Source: Pirellulales bacterium (GTDB lineage Bacteria > Planctomycetota > Planctomycetia > Pirellulales > UBA1268). Taken from it: a DNA stretch of 64,000 nucleotides. The position numbers and the translations under genes were made by a program. The stretch spans positions 4,736 to 68,735 of the forward strand of contig JBIIQM010000003.1 of the NCBI GenBank assembly GCA_044342075.1, in the 5' to 3' direction. Below are positions 1-8,906 of this stretch, piece after piece. The notes below the pieces were generated by a model that saw nothing but the letters and a program-made list of their open reading frames with translations, was not told the origin of the DNA and did no database searches. How positions within the stretch are numbered: position 1 is the stretch's first letter; each line of letters starts with the position of its first letter.

Positions 1-274
1 GCGTGAACTGGATGCGGCTGAACTTCAGCGAGACCGCCTCGGCGAGCCGGCTGACGAGCAGCGTCTTGGCGAGACCGGGCACGCCCATCAATAGCGAGTG
101 GCCCCGGGCGAAGAGGCAGATCGCGAGCCGCTCGATCGTCTCCCGCTGGCCGATGATCACCTTGCCGAGTTCTTCCTGCAGTCGGCGATAGGAGTCGCGG
201 AGACGGTCCAGTTTCTGGACGTCATCGTCGTTGAGGTTCACAGCAGGGGTGGGGCGGTCAGAAATGGAGGCCAT
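1..274 (-). CDS. MoxR-like AAA+ ATPase, N-terminal fragment (gene continues past the left edge)
   Basis: This gene is absent from the supplied ORF track because it has no stop in the window. My own minus-strand translation from ATG at 274 reads MASISDRPTPAVNLNDDDVQKLDRLRDSYRRLQEELGKVIIGQRETIERLAICLFARGHSLLMGVPGLAKTLLVSRLAEAVSLKFSRIQFT. The GVPGLAKT Walker A sits in the usual MoxR context. Confidence 0.8.
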   Translation of the reverse strand, partial: MASISDRPTPAVNLNDDDVQKLDRLRDSYRRLQEELGKVIIGQRETIERLAICLFARGHSLLMGVPGLAKTLLVSRLAEAVSLKFSRIQFT

Positions 275-584
275 CAAAACTCCTGTTCTCTTGTTCCTTG
301 GGTGGTCCTGCACTGGCTGCTTTCAATGGTTTCGCATCGGACGGCGGGACGGATGCAACGCGATATGGACCCTGCGATTCCAGACCCGGCTGCGGCCTCA
401 TGATCTCTGGCCAGCGGGCGCGGAACATGACGCGGCTCCGTTCCTCGCTGTAATCCTCGGCGCCCAGGTTTTCGCCCATCACGGCAACGTCGTCGCCCCG
501 CCCGAGTGCTGCCGAAAAAACTCGCAAGACGCGTTTCGGGCACGATGTTGAAAGATACCACGAAGGAACGATTCCACGAAATGC

Positions 585-3500
585 TTGCGGAGGAAGGGGG
601 CTCGTTCGGAAAATCCGTATACTGCTCCTCCCCCGCCGGAGGAAGGAGCCTTGGCCACCGCATCGTCACCCGCCGCCCGCTGCACGCTGCACCGGCTCGA
701 CGCCGCGCAGGGCGTGCTGCCCGCGGCCGCCGAATGGCTGCTCGCGCATGCCTGCGATCCCGCGGGCGGTGAGGTCGTTGCCGATCTCTCGAACGTGATG
801 GTCGTCGTGCCGGGCCGACGGGCCGGGCATCGCCTGCTCGAGATCCTGCTCGATCTCGCGGCCTCGCGGTCGCTCGATCTCGCGCCGCCGGAGACCGTCA
901 CGCTCGGCAAACTCCCGGAGCTTCTCTATAAGCCCGCCCGGCCGCTTGCCGATGATGCCGTCGAGACGCTCGCCTGGGGCGCCGCGATCGCCGGCGCGAG
1001 CGATGCCGACCGGGAACGGATCGCGCCAGGGATCGCCGGTCCGCCGGGCATCAACGCCGCGCAAGGCCGGCTCGTCGAGGTGGCGCGGTCGCTCGTGGCC
1101 GCCCATCGCGAACTGGCGTCGATCGACCTGGGGTTCGCCGATCTCGCGGCGCAGGCCGACGACGTGTTGCCGGGATTCGGCGACCATGCGCGGTGGGATG
1201 CCCTGGCCCGCATCGAACGGGATTATCTCGACCACATCGACGCCGCCGGCCGCTGGGACCGCCAGACCGCCCGCCGCGTGGCGATCGACAACCACGAAGT
1301 CCGCTGCGACAAGCGGATCGTTCTGCTCGCCACGGTCGACATCGACCCGCTGCAGCGGCAGATGCTGGCCGCGACGGCCACGACGATCGACGCGCTCGTC
1401 GCCGCGCCGCCACACATGACCGCGGAGGATTTCTCCGCGTGCTTCGACGCCTTCGGCTGCATCGTGCCGGACGCCTGGGCGACGCGCGTGATCCCCCTCC
1501 CGCTCGATTCGATCCGGCTCGTCGACGACACCGACGCGCAGGCCGACGCGATCGTCGACTGGCTGAGGGGCCTCGGCGGCCGCCTCGCCGCCGACGAGAT
1601 CACGATCGCCGTGCCCGACGACAAGGTCGCGCCCGCGATCGAGCAGAAGCTCGCCGCTGCCGGCGCGACGGGCCGCTACGGCACCGGCCGCACCGTCAGA
1701 CGTTCGACTCCCTGGCAGATGCTCTCCGCCGTCTTCGACTGGCTGGCCCGCGGTGATTTCGCGACGCTCGCCGCACTCGTGCGATCGCCGGCCGTGGTCG
1801 AACTGATCCGACGACAGACCGGCATCGCGATGCCGGCGGCGCTTGCCGACGAGGTCGCCGCCCGCCATCTGCCGCTCGCGATCGACCGCGAGCACCTGGC
1901 CAAGGCCGCCGAGCGACCGGAGCACCGGAAATCCAATGAGCGGTTTCTCGAAATGCTCGATCGCATCGATCGCTGGTTGTCCGCGGTGCGTGAAGCCTCG
2001 AAGGCGGTCGATCGCCCACCGGCCACGAAAGCCACGAAAGCCACGTCCAAGGCCAAAACCAAGGCCAAAACCAAGGCGAAGCCCGCCCCGCAGGGATGCG
2101 GGCTCGCCGCCGCCTGGACCGAGGCGGTGCGGCAGGCCGTGGCGGTGGCACTCGAGGGCGTGTCGATCGACCGCGATGCGCCCGACGACCGCGTCGTCGC
2201 CCGATCGCTCCGGTCGCTCGGCGAACTGCTCTCCGCGCTCGCCACGATTCCCGATCCGCTCGCGGCGGCCGCCGGCTCCGAGGGGCTCGCGCGGCTTCTG
2301 CTGGCGAACTGGTCGGCGGAACTCGTGCCGCCCCTGCCGATCGCCGACGCGATCGACATCGTCGGCTGGCTCGAAGTGCCGCTCGACGATGCCGCGGCGC
2401 TCGTGATCACGTCGGCCGTGGAGGGCAGCCTGCCCCCCGGACAAGTCCGTGATCCGCTCCTCCCGGAAACGCTGCGCAAGCCGCTCGCGCTCGAGGATGC
2501 CTCTCGGATCGCCGCCCGCGACGCCTGGATCCTCTCGCTCGCGGCCTGCTGCCGCCGCGACCTGCTCGTGCTCGTGCCACGCCGCGGCGCCGATGGATCG
2601 CCGACGGTGCCGAGCCGGCTGCTTTTCCGGCGCGATCCCGCCGAGGTGGTGACGGCCGCGCGCACGTTCTTCGCGGCGGAGGGGCCGAAAGTTGCCGCGG
2701 TGCTGGTGCCGGTGGCCTCGTCGCGGCTCGTCGTGCCCAGGCCTCCGGAAGGCTCCGTCGCGGTGACGTCGATGCGGGTGACGGAGTTCAAGGACTACCT
2801 TGCCTGCCCCTACCGCTACTGGCTGCGGCACAGGCTCAGGCTTGCGCGGGTCGCCGACGACGCGCTCGAACTCGGCGCCGCCGACTTCGGCACGCTGATC
2901 CACGAATGCCTCGATCGGTTCGCCAAGCGCGAGGATCTTGCCTCGTGCACCGACGGCGACGCGCTCGCAACGGAGCTCTCCCGGATCCTCGACACGTTCG
3001 TTCACTTTCGCTACGGATCACAGGCGGCGCCGGCGGTGGCCGTGCAGGCCGAATTGGCGCGGCGGCGGCTCCATGGTTTCGCCCATGCCCAGGCGCGCCG
3101 GGCGGCCGAAGGCTGGAGGATTCACCTCACCGAGCACCACGTGAAGGATGCCACGCTCGACGTCGACGGCACGCCGATCAAGCTCTCGGCCCGCATCGAC
3201 CGGATCGACCACCATCCCGAATCGGGCCGTTGGCAGGTGCTCGACTACAAGACCTCCGCGCGGGGCAGGACTCCGGAGGAGAGCCATCGCCGCGCGGGTG
3301 AGTGGGTGGATTTGCAGCTGCCGCTCTACCGACATCTCCTCGGCGAGCTGCCGGGCATCGACGCTGCCGCGGTCGTGGACGTCGGCTACTTCAACGTGCC
3401 GGCCCGCGTCGAAGAGACCGGCATCAAGACGCCGACATGGACCGAGGCGGATTATGCGGCCGCCGACGAGACGGCTCGCGAGGTCGTGCGGCGGGTGCGG

Positions 3501-3611
3501 GCGGGCATCTTCTGGCCGGCCAACGACGCAGCGACCAGGGCGTTCCCTGAATTCGACGCGATCTGCCAGACCGCCGCGATCGTCGAAGACGAAGGCGAGG
3601 AGGAGCCATGA
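585..3611 (+). CDS. addB: AddB-like helicase-nuclease subunit (PD-(D/E)XK nuclease family)
   Basis: The ORF is 1008 aa. Its C-terminus carries a RecB-type nuclease module (FKDYLACPYRYWLRHRL, GTLIHECLD, IDRIDHH...WQVLDYKT). The N-terminal P-loop region is degenerate (VVVPGRRAGHRL). It overlaps the downstream UvrD-like gene by ATGA. The start is uncertain: TTG 585 in the track, or TTG 651 just after GGAGGAAGGAG. Confidence 0.65.
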   Translation: MRRKGARSENPYTAPPPPEEGALATASSPAARCTLHRLDAAQGVLPAAAEWLLAHACDPAGGEVVADLSNVMVVVPGRRAGHRLLEILLDLAASRSLDLAPPETVTLGKLPELLYKPARPLADDAVETLAWGAAIAGASDADRERIAPGIAGPPGINAAQGRLVEVARSLVAAHRELASIDLGFADLAAQADDVLPGFGDHARWDALARIERDYLDHIDAAGRWDRQTARRVAIDNHEVRCDKRIVLLATVDIDPLQRQMLAATATTIDALVAAPPHMTAEDFSACFDAFGCIVPDAWATRVIPLPLDSIRLVDDTDAQADAIVDWLRGLGGRLAADEITIAVPDDKVAPAIEQKLAAAGATGRYGTGRTVRRSTPWQMLSAVFDWLARGDFATLAALVRSPAVVELIRRQTGIAMPAALADEVAARHLPLAIDREHLAKAAERPEHRKSNERFLEMLDRIDRWLSAVREASKAVDRPPATKATKATSKAKTKAKTKAKPAPQGCGLAAAWTEAVRQAVAVALEGVSIDRDAPDDRVVARSLRSLGELLSALATIPDPLAAAAGSEGLARLLLANWSAELVPPLPIADAIDIVGWLEVPLDDAAALVITSAVEGSLPPGQVRDPLLPETLRKPLALEDASRIAARDAWILSLAACCRRDLLVLVPRRGADGSPTVPSRLLFRRDPAEVVTAARTFFAAEGPKVAAVLVPVASSRLVVPRPPEGSVAVTSMRVTEFKDYLACPYRYWLRHRLRLARVADDALELGAADFGTLIHECLDRFAKREDLASCTDGDALATELSRILDTFVHFRYGSQAAPAVAVQAELARRRLHGFAHAQARRAAEGWRIHLTEHHVKDATLDVDGTPIKLSARIDRIDHHPESGRWQVLDYKTSARGRTPEESHRRAGEWVDLQLPLYRHLLGELPGIDAAAVVDVGYFNVPARVEETGIKTPTWTEADYAAADETAREVVRRVRAGIFWPANDAATRAFPEFDAICQTAAIVEDEGEEEP

Positions 3612-6600
3612 GCACGTCCGCGGCCAGGAAGCGGCCAGCCTCGGTCGGACCCGAGCCCTTCGTCAGCGTGCGGGCGAGCGCCGGCACCGGCAAGACGCAC
3701 GCGCTGACAACACGGATGATCCGGCTGCTCGCCGACGGCGCGGAGGTTGGGGATCTCTTTGCGGCGACGTTTGCCCGCAAGGCCGCCGGCGAGATCCTCG
3801 CCCGCGTTCTCCACCGGCTGGCCTCAGCAGCCGAGCCGGTGTTGTCGGCCTCCACGGCCGAGCCAGCGTCGTCGGCCGCGACGGCCGAGCCAGCGTCGTC
3901 GGCCGCGACGGCCGAGCCAGCGTCGTCGGCCGCGACGGCCGAGTTGGCCGCGGCGATCGAACGGCCCGGGGCCGACGCCGCGTTTTTTCGCGACCTGCTC
4001 TTGAAGGTGATGGCGGCGCTCGACCGGCTCGCGGTGGGCACGCTCGACAGTTTCTTCGTGAATTGCGCCGATGCCACACGGTTCGAGCTCGGCCTGCCGG
4101 CCAACTGGACGATCGGCACCGAGGCCGAGCTCGAGTCGCAGCGGCGGCGGGCGATCCACGGCACGATCGAACGGGCCTTCGGTGACGACGAGGGCCGCTC
4201 GCCCGCCGCCACGATGGCCGACCTTCTCATGCGGGTGTCGGGCGGTGCGACGACCACGGGCCTTGAATCGCTCCTCGAGGGAGTCGTTTCGGATTTGGCG
4301 GCTGTGCACCGCGAGGCCGAGCCCTCGGCCTGGGACTGGGTCACGGTGCCCCGGCCACCGGCCGACGCCGACATCGACGAAGCGATCGCCGCGCTCGAAG
4401 CGGCGACGTTCACCGACAAGCGGATCGCGGAGGCACGTGACAAGGACCTCGCCGCGTTCCGGGCCGGCGAATGGAAGACGTTCGCGGGGAAGGGAATCGC
4501 GAGCAAGGTGCTCGTCGGGGAAGACACCTACTACCGGAAGCCGATCGAGCCGGAGGTGCAGCGAGCCTACCAAACGCTTCTCGCCCTGGCGCGGACGGCG
4601 GTGCTCGGCATGATCGCGGCCCAGACCCGCGGCATGCGCGACGTGCTCGACCGCTACGTCGAGACGATCGACGAGCTGGCCGCGGCCGAGGGGATCGTGT
4701 CGTTCGATGACGTCACCCGCATGGTCGGCCTCGCGGCCGGCGACGGCACGCTCGACGCGGCGCGGTGGCGGGGCATCTCCTTCGCGAAGCACCTCCTGCT
4801 CGACGAATTCCAAGACACGTCACTGTCGCAGTGGCGGGTGCTCGAACGGCTTGCGGAGCACACGGCCACGAGCGGCGGCAGTTTCTTCGCCGTGGGTGAC
4901 GACAAACAGGCGATCTACGGCTGGCGCGGCGGCAAGGCCGAATTGATCGATTCGCTCGCCGACTTCTTCGACCAGGCGGCGACGCCGCTGGCGATGCTGC
5001 ATCTTTCAGAGAGCTACCGCTCGAGCCCCGCCGTGCTCGACGTCGTGAACAAGGTGTTCGACAACCTGGCCGGCTGCGAGCCGCTGACCGACCATGCCGC
5101 CGTGGCGGCTCGCTGGAGAGAAACCTTCGTCTCCCACGCCGCGGCGGCACGGAACCGGGATCTGCCCGGCTGGGTTCGGCTGCGGACGGCGCCGGCGGCC
5201 CAGGAAGACGAGAAGCAGGCCGACGTGGTCCTCGCCCACGCCGCCGCGCGGGCCGCGGCGCTCGCGCGGGCGAATCCCGCCGCGCGGATCGGCGTGCTCG
5301 TGCGCACCAATCACGCGGCCGAGCAGGTGATCGCCCGGCTCAAGGGCCGCGAAAACATCGTGGCCAGCGCCGAGGGGGGCAATCCGCTCGACGACTCTCC
5401 CGCGGTCGATCTTTTGCTCTCGGCGCTCACGCTCTGCGACCATCCCTCCGATTCGATCGCCCGGTTTCACGTCGGCAGGTCGCCGCTGGCGGCAGCGCTC
5501 GGGCTCGACGAGGCGACCGCCTCCGCCGCGGCCCCGCCTCCGGGGTGCATCGCGGCGATCGACCGGCTGCGGCGCGAGCTCATCGACGACGGCTACGGCC
5601 CCGTGCTCGCCCGGCTCGCCGCCATCGCGGCCTCGAGCGGGTCGCAGCGGGATGCGCGGCGGCTCGAGCAATTCGTCGAGTCGGCGCGGGCCTGGGATCT
5701 GGCGGCCGGCGGCCCACGGGTGGGCCTCGCCCGCACCGCCGCCTTCATCGCCCAGTGCCGCCGAACGAGCGTGGCCGATCCGGTGCCTTCGCCGATCCGG
5801 GTGATGACGATCCACAAGGCGAAGGGGCTCGAGTTCGATCTCGTCGTGCTCACCGACCTCGACCGCAAACTCATGCCGCATGCGCCGCGGGTGGTGATCG
5901 ACCGCGCGGGCCCGCTCGCTCCGATCCGGCGGGTGCTCGCCGCCGTGCCGAGGGAGCTGCAGCCGTTTCTCCCCGACGAATGGCAGGAGCGGTGTGAAGC
6001 GGCTCCGCAGCCGATCGTTCGCGAAGCGATCGCGACGCTCTACGTGGGGCTCACCCGCGCGATCCAGGGCCTCGAGATCGTGATCGCCCCGGCGAAGGAA
6101 AACGAGAAGACCGTTCCAAAGACGCTGGCGGGCATCCTGCGGGCCACGCTGCCCGACGTGTCACAGGCGCCGCCCGATGCGGTGCTCTTCACTCACGCCC
6201 ACCATGCCGACGCAAGCGATGACTCGCTCATGGCGGCGACAGCGGCGAAACCGACGGCCGAGCCGGCGCCGGCCGCGGCGCCGATCCCTCTCAAGCCGCT
6301 CGACAACGGCGGACGCCGCCGCGGCGCGCCCCTGCGGACGCCGTCGTCGGCCGAGGGTGGCCGCATCATGACCGCGGCGGCGCTCCTCGACACCGGTTCT
6401 CAGCAGGCCAAGGATGTCGGCACGCTCCTGCACGCCTGGGCGGAAGCGATCGGCTGGCCGGCGGTGATCCCCCCCGACGATCGGCTGCTTGCGATCGCGG
6501 CGCAGCATGCGGCGCTCGCAACGCAGCATGCGGCGCTCGCAACGCAGCATCCGGCGCTCGCGGCGCAGCATCCGGCGCTCGCGGCGCAGCATGCGACGCT

Positions 6601-7024
6601 CCTGGCCGATTTCCGCGGGATGTGCGGCCGCCCCGCCGTCGCCGCCGTGCTCGCCGAGCCGCCGGCGGCGCTGCCGGAGAAATTCGTCGCCCGCGGCATC
6701 GCGGCCGGGCCGGCCGAGCCGCGGCTCTTGCGCGAGCATGCGTTCGTGCTCCGCGACGAGCAGGGCATCATGCAGGGCGTGATCGACCGGCTCGTCATCT
6801 GGTCGCGCGATGGAAAGCCGATCGCCGCGGAGGTGATCGACTTCAAGTTCGACGGCGTGGGGAGTGGCGCCGAGCAGGCCCGGCTGATCGAAGAGAAGAC
6901 GGCGTTCTACACGCCGCAGTTGGCCGACTACCGCCGCGCCGTGGCCCAGCTCTTCGGCCTCGACCCGCGCTGCATCACGGCCGATCTCGTCTTCATGCGG
7001 CCAGGCACCGTCGTGCCCGTGTGA
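3608..7024 (+). CDS. addA: AddA-like UvrD/Rep-family helicase with C-terminal PD-(D/E)XK nuclease
   Basis: The ORF is 1138 aa. Helicase motifs are present: Walker A (ASAGTGKTHAL), LLLDEFQDTS, VGDDKQAIYGWRGG and MTIHKAKGLEFD. The C-terminal nuclease motif is GVIDRLVIW...EVIDFKFD. The gene is translationally coupled to the upstream AddB-like gene. Confidence 0.7.
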   Translation: MSTSAARKRPASVGPEPFVSVRASAGTGKTHALTTRMIRLLADGAEVGDLFAATFARKAAGEILARVLHRLASAAEPVLSASTAEPASSAATAEPASSAATAEPASSAATAELAAAIERPGADAAFFRDLLLKVMAALDRLAVGTLDSFFVNCADATRFELGLPANWTIGTEAELESQRRRAIHGTIERAFGDDEGRSPAATMADLLMRVSGGATTTGLESLLEGVVSDLAAVHREAEPSAWDWVTVPRPPADADIDEAIAALEAATFTDKRIAEARDKDLAAFRAGEWKTFAGKGIASKVLVGEDTYYRKPIEPEVQRAYQTLLALARTAVLGMIAAQTRGMRDVLDRYVETIDELAAAEGIVSFDDVTRMVGLAAGDGTLDAARWRGISFAKHLLLDEFQDTSLSQWRVLERLAEHTATSGGSFFAVGDDKQAIYGWRGGKAELIDSLADFFDQAATPLAMLHLSESYRSSPAVLDVVNKVFDNLAGCEPLTDHAAVAARWRETFVSHAAAARNRDLPGWVRLRTAPAAQEDEKQADVVLAHAAARAAALARANPAARIGVLVRTNHAAEQVIARLKGRENIVASAEGGNPLDDSPAVDLLLSALTLCDHPSDSIARFHVGRSPLAAALGLDEATASAAAPPPGCIAAIDRLRRELIDDGYGPVLARLAAIAASSGSQRDARRLEQFVESARAWDLAAGGPRVGLARTAAFIAQCRRTSVADPVPSPIRVMTIHKAKGLEFDLVVLTDLDRKLMPHAPRVVIDRAGPLAPIRRVLAAVPRELQPFLPDEWQERCEAAPQPIVREAIATLYVGLTRAIQGLEIVIAPAKENEKTVPKTLAGILRATLPDVSQAPPDAVLFTHAHHADASDDSLMAATAAKPTAEPAPAAAPIPLKPLDNGGRRRGAPLRTPSSAEGGRIMTAAALLDTGSQQAKDVGTLLHAWAEAIGWPAVIPPDDRLLAIAAQHAALATQHAALATQHPALAAQHPALAAQHATLLADFRGMCGRPAVAAVLAEPPAALPEKFVARGIAAGPAEPRLLREHAFVLRDEQGIMQGVIDRLVIWSRDGKPIAAEVIDFKFDGVGSGAEQARLIEEKTAFYTPQLADYRRAVAQLFGLDPRCITADLVFMRPGTVVPV
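3827..3943. repeat. In-frame 27-bp tandem repeat inside the AddA-like gene
   Basis: The unit ACGGCCGAGCCAGCGTCGTCGGCCGCG is perfect at 3854-3880, 3881-3907 and 3908-3934. A degenerate copy precedes it and a 9-nt partial copy follows. It encodes (TAEPASSAA)x3. Confidence 0.95.
6503..6607. repeat. In-frame 21-bp tandem repeat inside the AddA-like gene
   Basis: There are five units. Units 1 and 2 are identical (CAGCATGCGGCGCTCGCAACG). Units 3 and 4 are identical (CAGCATCCGGCGCTCGCGGCG). Unit 5 is degenerate. They encode QHAALAT QHAALAT QHPALAA QHPALAA QHATLLA. Confidence 0.95.
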
Positions 7025-7067
7025 CTCCCAAGAAGACCGCGGGTTCCACGAGCGGAACTCACGAAGG

Positions 7068-7150
7068 CGGAGGGCATGGGATTCGAACCCACAATCCCTT
7101 TCGGGACATCTGATTTCGAGTCAGACCGCTGGCCAATTCGCTTACCCTCC
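7068..7150 (-). tRNA. tRNA-Ser (anticodon CGA), type II with long variable arm, CCA not encoded
   Basis: The minus-strand sequence is GGAGGGTAAGCGAATTGGCCAGCGGTCTGACTCGAAATCAGATGTCCCGAAAGGGATTGTGGGTTCGAATCCCATGCCCTCCG. The acceptor stem is 7 bp (GGAGGGT/GCCCTCC, with one G-U pair). The anticodon stem is TCTGA/TCAGA with loop CTCGAAA. A long variable arm is present, along with the T-loop GGTTCGAATCC. Confidence 0.9.
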
Positions 7151-7164
7151 GAATGGCTCTCAAC

Positions 7165-7193
7165 AATATAAAAGTGATGCCTTCGCGGCTCAA
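7165..7193 (-). promoter_or_regulatory. Sigma-70-like promoter of tRNA-Ser
   Basis: The minus strand reads TTGAGC, a 17-nt spacer, then TATATT. The -10 element ends 14 nt before the mature tRNA 5' end. It lies in a locally AT-rich patch. Confidence 0.55.
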
Positions 7194-7278
7194 GTTCATA
7201 ACCCTTGTCGGGCCGCGAAACGAGGGGTAACTTGCCCGCCATCCCGTCCAGACTTCTCTTCGCCGCACGAAGGCAGCG

Positions 7279-8436
7279 TTGAAACCCTCCGCCCCCGACC
7301 ACCTGCTCCTCACCGGCGGCACCGGCCTGCTCGGCTCCTACCTCGTCCGCGATCTGCTCCTCGCCGGCCGGCCGCTGGCCCTCGTCGTGCGGCGAGACCG
7401 CAAGCGATCCGCCACGAGCCGCGTCGAAGCGATCGTGCAACAGTGGGAAGACTCGCTCGGCAGGAGCCTCCCGCGGCCGGTGGTCTTCGAGGGCGACCTG
7501 AACGAGCCGCTCTGCGGCCTGGGCGAGGAAGAACGCCACTGGATCCATTGGAATTGCGGCGAACTGCTCAACAATGCCGCCTCGCTCAGTTTCCGCGGCG
7601 CCGATCGCGGCGCCGAGCCTTGGCTGACGAACGTGACGGGCACCCGCAACGTGCTCGATCTGGCTCGCGCCACGGGCATCGAGCACTTCCACCACGTCTC
7701 CACCGCCTATGTCTGCGGGCTCCGCAGCGGCGTGGTGCTCGAGGACGATCTCGACGTGGGGCAGCCATTCGGAAACGATTACGAGACGAGCAAGGTCGAG
7801 GCCGAAAAGATGGTGCGCACCGCCGACCATCTGGCCTCGGCGACGGTCTACCGCCCGTCGATCATCGTGGGCGATTCCCGCACCGGTTACACGTCCACCT
7901 ACCACGGCTTCTTTGCGGGGCTGCGGCTCGGCCACACGCTCCTCACGCGGGTGGCCATTGGCTCGACGAGCGGCCCGGCGATGCTCGGTCTGCTCGGCGT
8001 CGATCCGGCGGACCACAAGAACTTCGTGCCGGTGGACTGGGTCTCGCAGGTGATCGCCCATGGCGTGCAGACGCCCGACGCGCGGGGCCGCACGCTGCAT
8101 GTCACCCACCCGGAACCGGTGCCGATGCTCGCGGTGGGCCGAGTCATCCAGGAGGCGGTCGAGCGGTATTCGCAGGCTGCCTCTCCCGACGCTCCGGACC
8201 TCTGCGATGAGCGCTGGTTCGCCGACAACCTGCGGACCCAGCTCGATGTCTACCAGAGCTATTTCCGCAACGACCCCACCTTCGACCGCAGCAACACCGA
8301 CGCGATCGCCGGTCACCTTTCCTGCCCCACGCTCGACGACGCCACGCTGCTGCGGATGTCGAAGCATGCGATCGAGACAGACTTCGGCCGGCGGCCCGCC
8401 AGGCCGGAGGCCCTGGCCGCCGGTTGCACGCACTGA
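7279..8436 (+). CDS. SDR-family NAD(P)-dependent reductase, thioester-reductase / fatty-acyl reductase-like
   Basis: The ORF is 385 aa. It has a Rossmann motif (LLTGGTGLLGSYL), a catalytic YETSK (YxxxK), and the overall layout of stand-alone terminal reductase domains. The start in the track is TTG. Confidence 0.6.
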   Translation: MKPSAPDHLLLTGGTGLLGSYLVRDLLLAGRPLALVVRRDRKRSATSRVEAIVQQWEDSLGRSLPRPVVFEGDLNEPLCGLGEEERHWIHWNCGELLNNAASLSFRGADRGAEPWLTNVTGTRNVLDLARATGIEHFHHVSTAYVCGLRSGVVLEDDLDVGQPFGNDYETSKVEAEKMVRTADHLASATVYRPSIIVGDSRTGYTSTYHGFFAGLRLGHTLLTRVAIGSTSGPAMLGLLGVDPADHKNFVPVDWVSQVIAHGVQTPDARGRTLHVTHPEPVPMLAVGRVIQEAVERYSQAASPDAPDLCDERWFADNLRTQLDVYQSYFRNDPTFDRSNTDAIAGHLSCPTLDDATLLRMSKHAIETDFGRRPARPEALAAGCTH

Positions 8437-8581
8437 CCAGCAGACCGCTCCGTCCCGAAGCCGATCTTCTCGGGCGTCCGCCGTTCCGGTTGGACCGCTG
8501 GTGACGGCGATGACACGCCGTCGCCCCCGATTCGCGAACCCGCCCGCCGCCGGCCGATGACTCCCTGTACGAGGGAGAATC

Positions 8582-8899
8582 ATGGCGAAGAAAAACACCT
8601 GGCGTATCGTGACCCGCGGCCCCGATGGGGAGCTCGTGATCCACGACTTCGACTCCCCCGAGGCGATCCTGCGGACGCACCTGCAGATGGGCGTCGATGA
8701 CTGCAGCACCGATCTGGATCTGCGCGGGGCGCCGGTCTTCCGGTCGCTGATCGGGCCCATGCCCGAGGGCGCGGGCGTCATCCGCTACGAGACGCCGGAG
8801 GTGTTCGAGGAATTGACGAAGGAATGGGCGCTGCCGCGAACGCCCCGCCGCCGGAGCCGCAAGCCCGCCCAGCCGTCCGACGCCAATCCGGCAGAGTAG
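8582..8899 (+). CDS. Hypothetical small protein (105 aa)
   Basis: An ATG is preceded by GAGGGAGAATC (Shine-Dalgarno). Third-position GC bias is strong across the ORF. The C-terminal tail is basic (RTPRRRSRKP). I recognise no family. Confidence 0.6.
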   Translation: MAKKNTWRIVTRGPDGELVIHDFDSPEAILRTHLQMGVDDCSTDLDLRGAPVFRSLIGPMPEGAGVIRYETPEVFEELTKEWALPRTPRRRSRKPAQPSDANPAE

Positions 8900-8906
8900 T
8901 CCGCTC

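Noticed and set aside
666-3005. These are very long antisense or alternative-frame ORFs from the supplied track. Examples are 666-3005(-), 3424-4527(-), 6928-8781(-), 18203-20593(-), 18472-20628(+), 22593-25424(+), 27521-30115(-), 59900-61639(-) and 61643-63598(-).
   Set aside because: They lie opposite or out of frame to genes with clear family motifs. Their translations are Arg/Gly/Pro/Ala-rich low-complexity strings with no recognisable motifs. Such open frames are expected in DNA this GC-rich, where stop codons are rare. I treat them as artefacts.
585-7024. The nuclease-helicase gene pair could be a candidate anti-phage defence module.
   Set aside because: The domain order, the sizes (1008 and 1138 aa), the ATGA coupling and the motifs fit the housekeeping AddAB double-strand-break repair enzyme. 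No methyltransferase, ATPase-sensor or other defence-island neighbours are present. Flanking genes are MoxR and a tRNA.
7025-7280. tRNA-Ser could be an integration site for a genomic island or prophage.
   Set aside because: No integrase, direct repeat of the tRNA 3' end, or compositional shift is visible on either side. The neighbouring genes have the same GC and codon style as the rest of the window.
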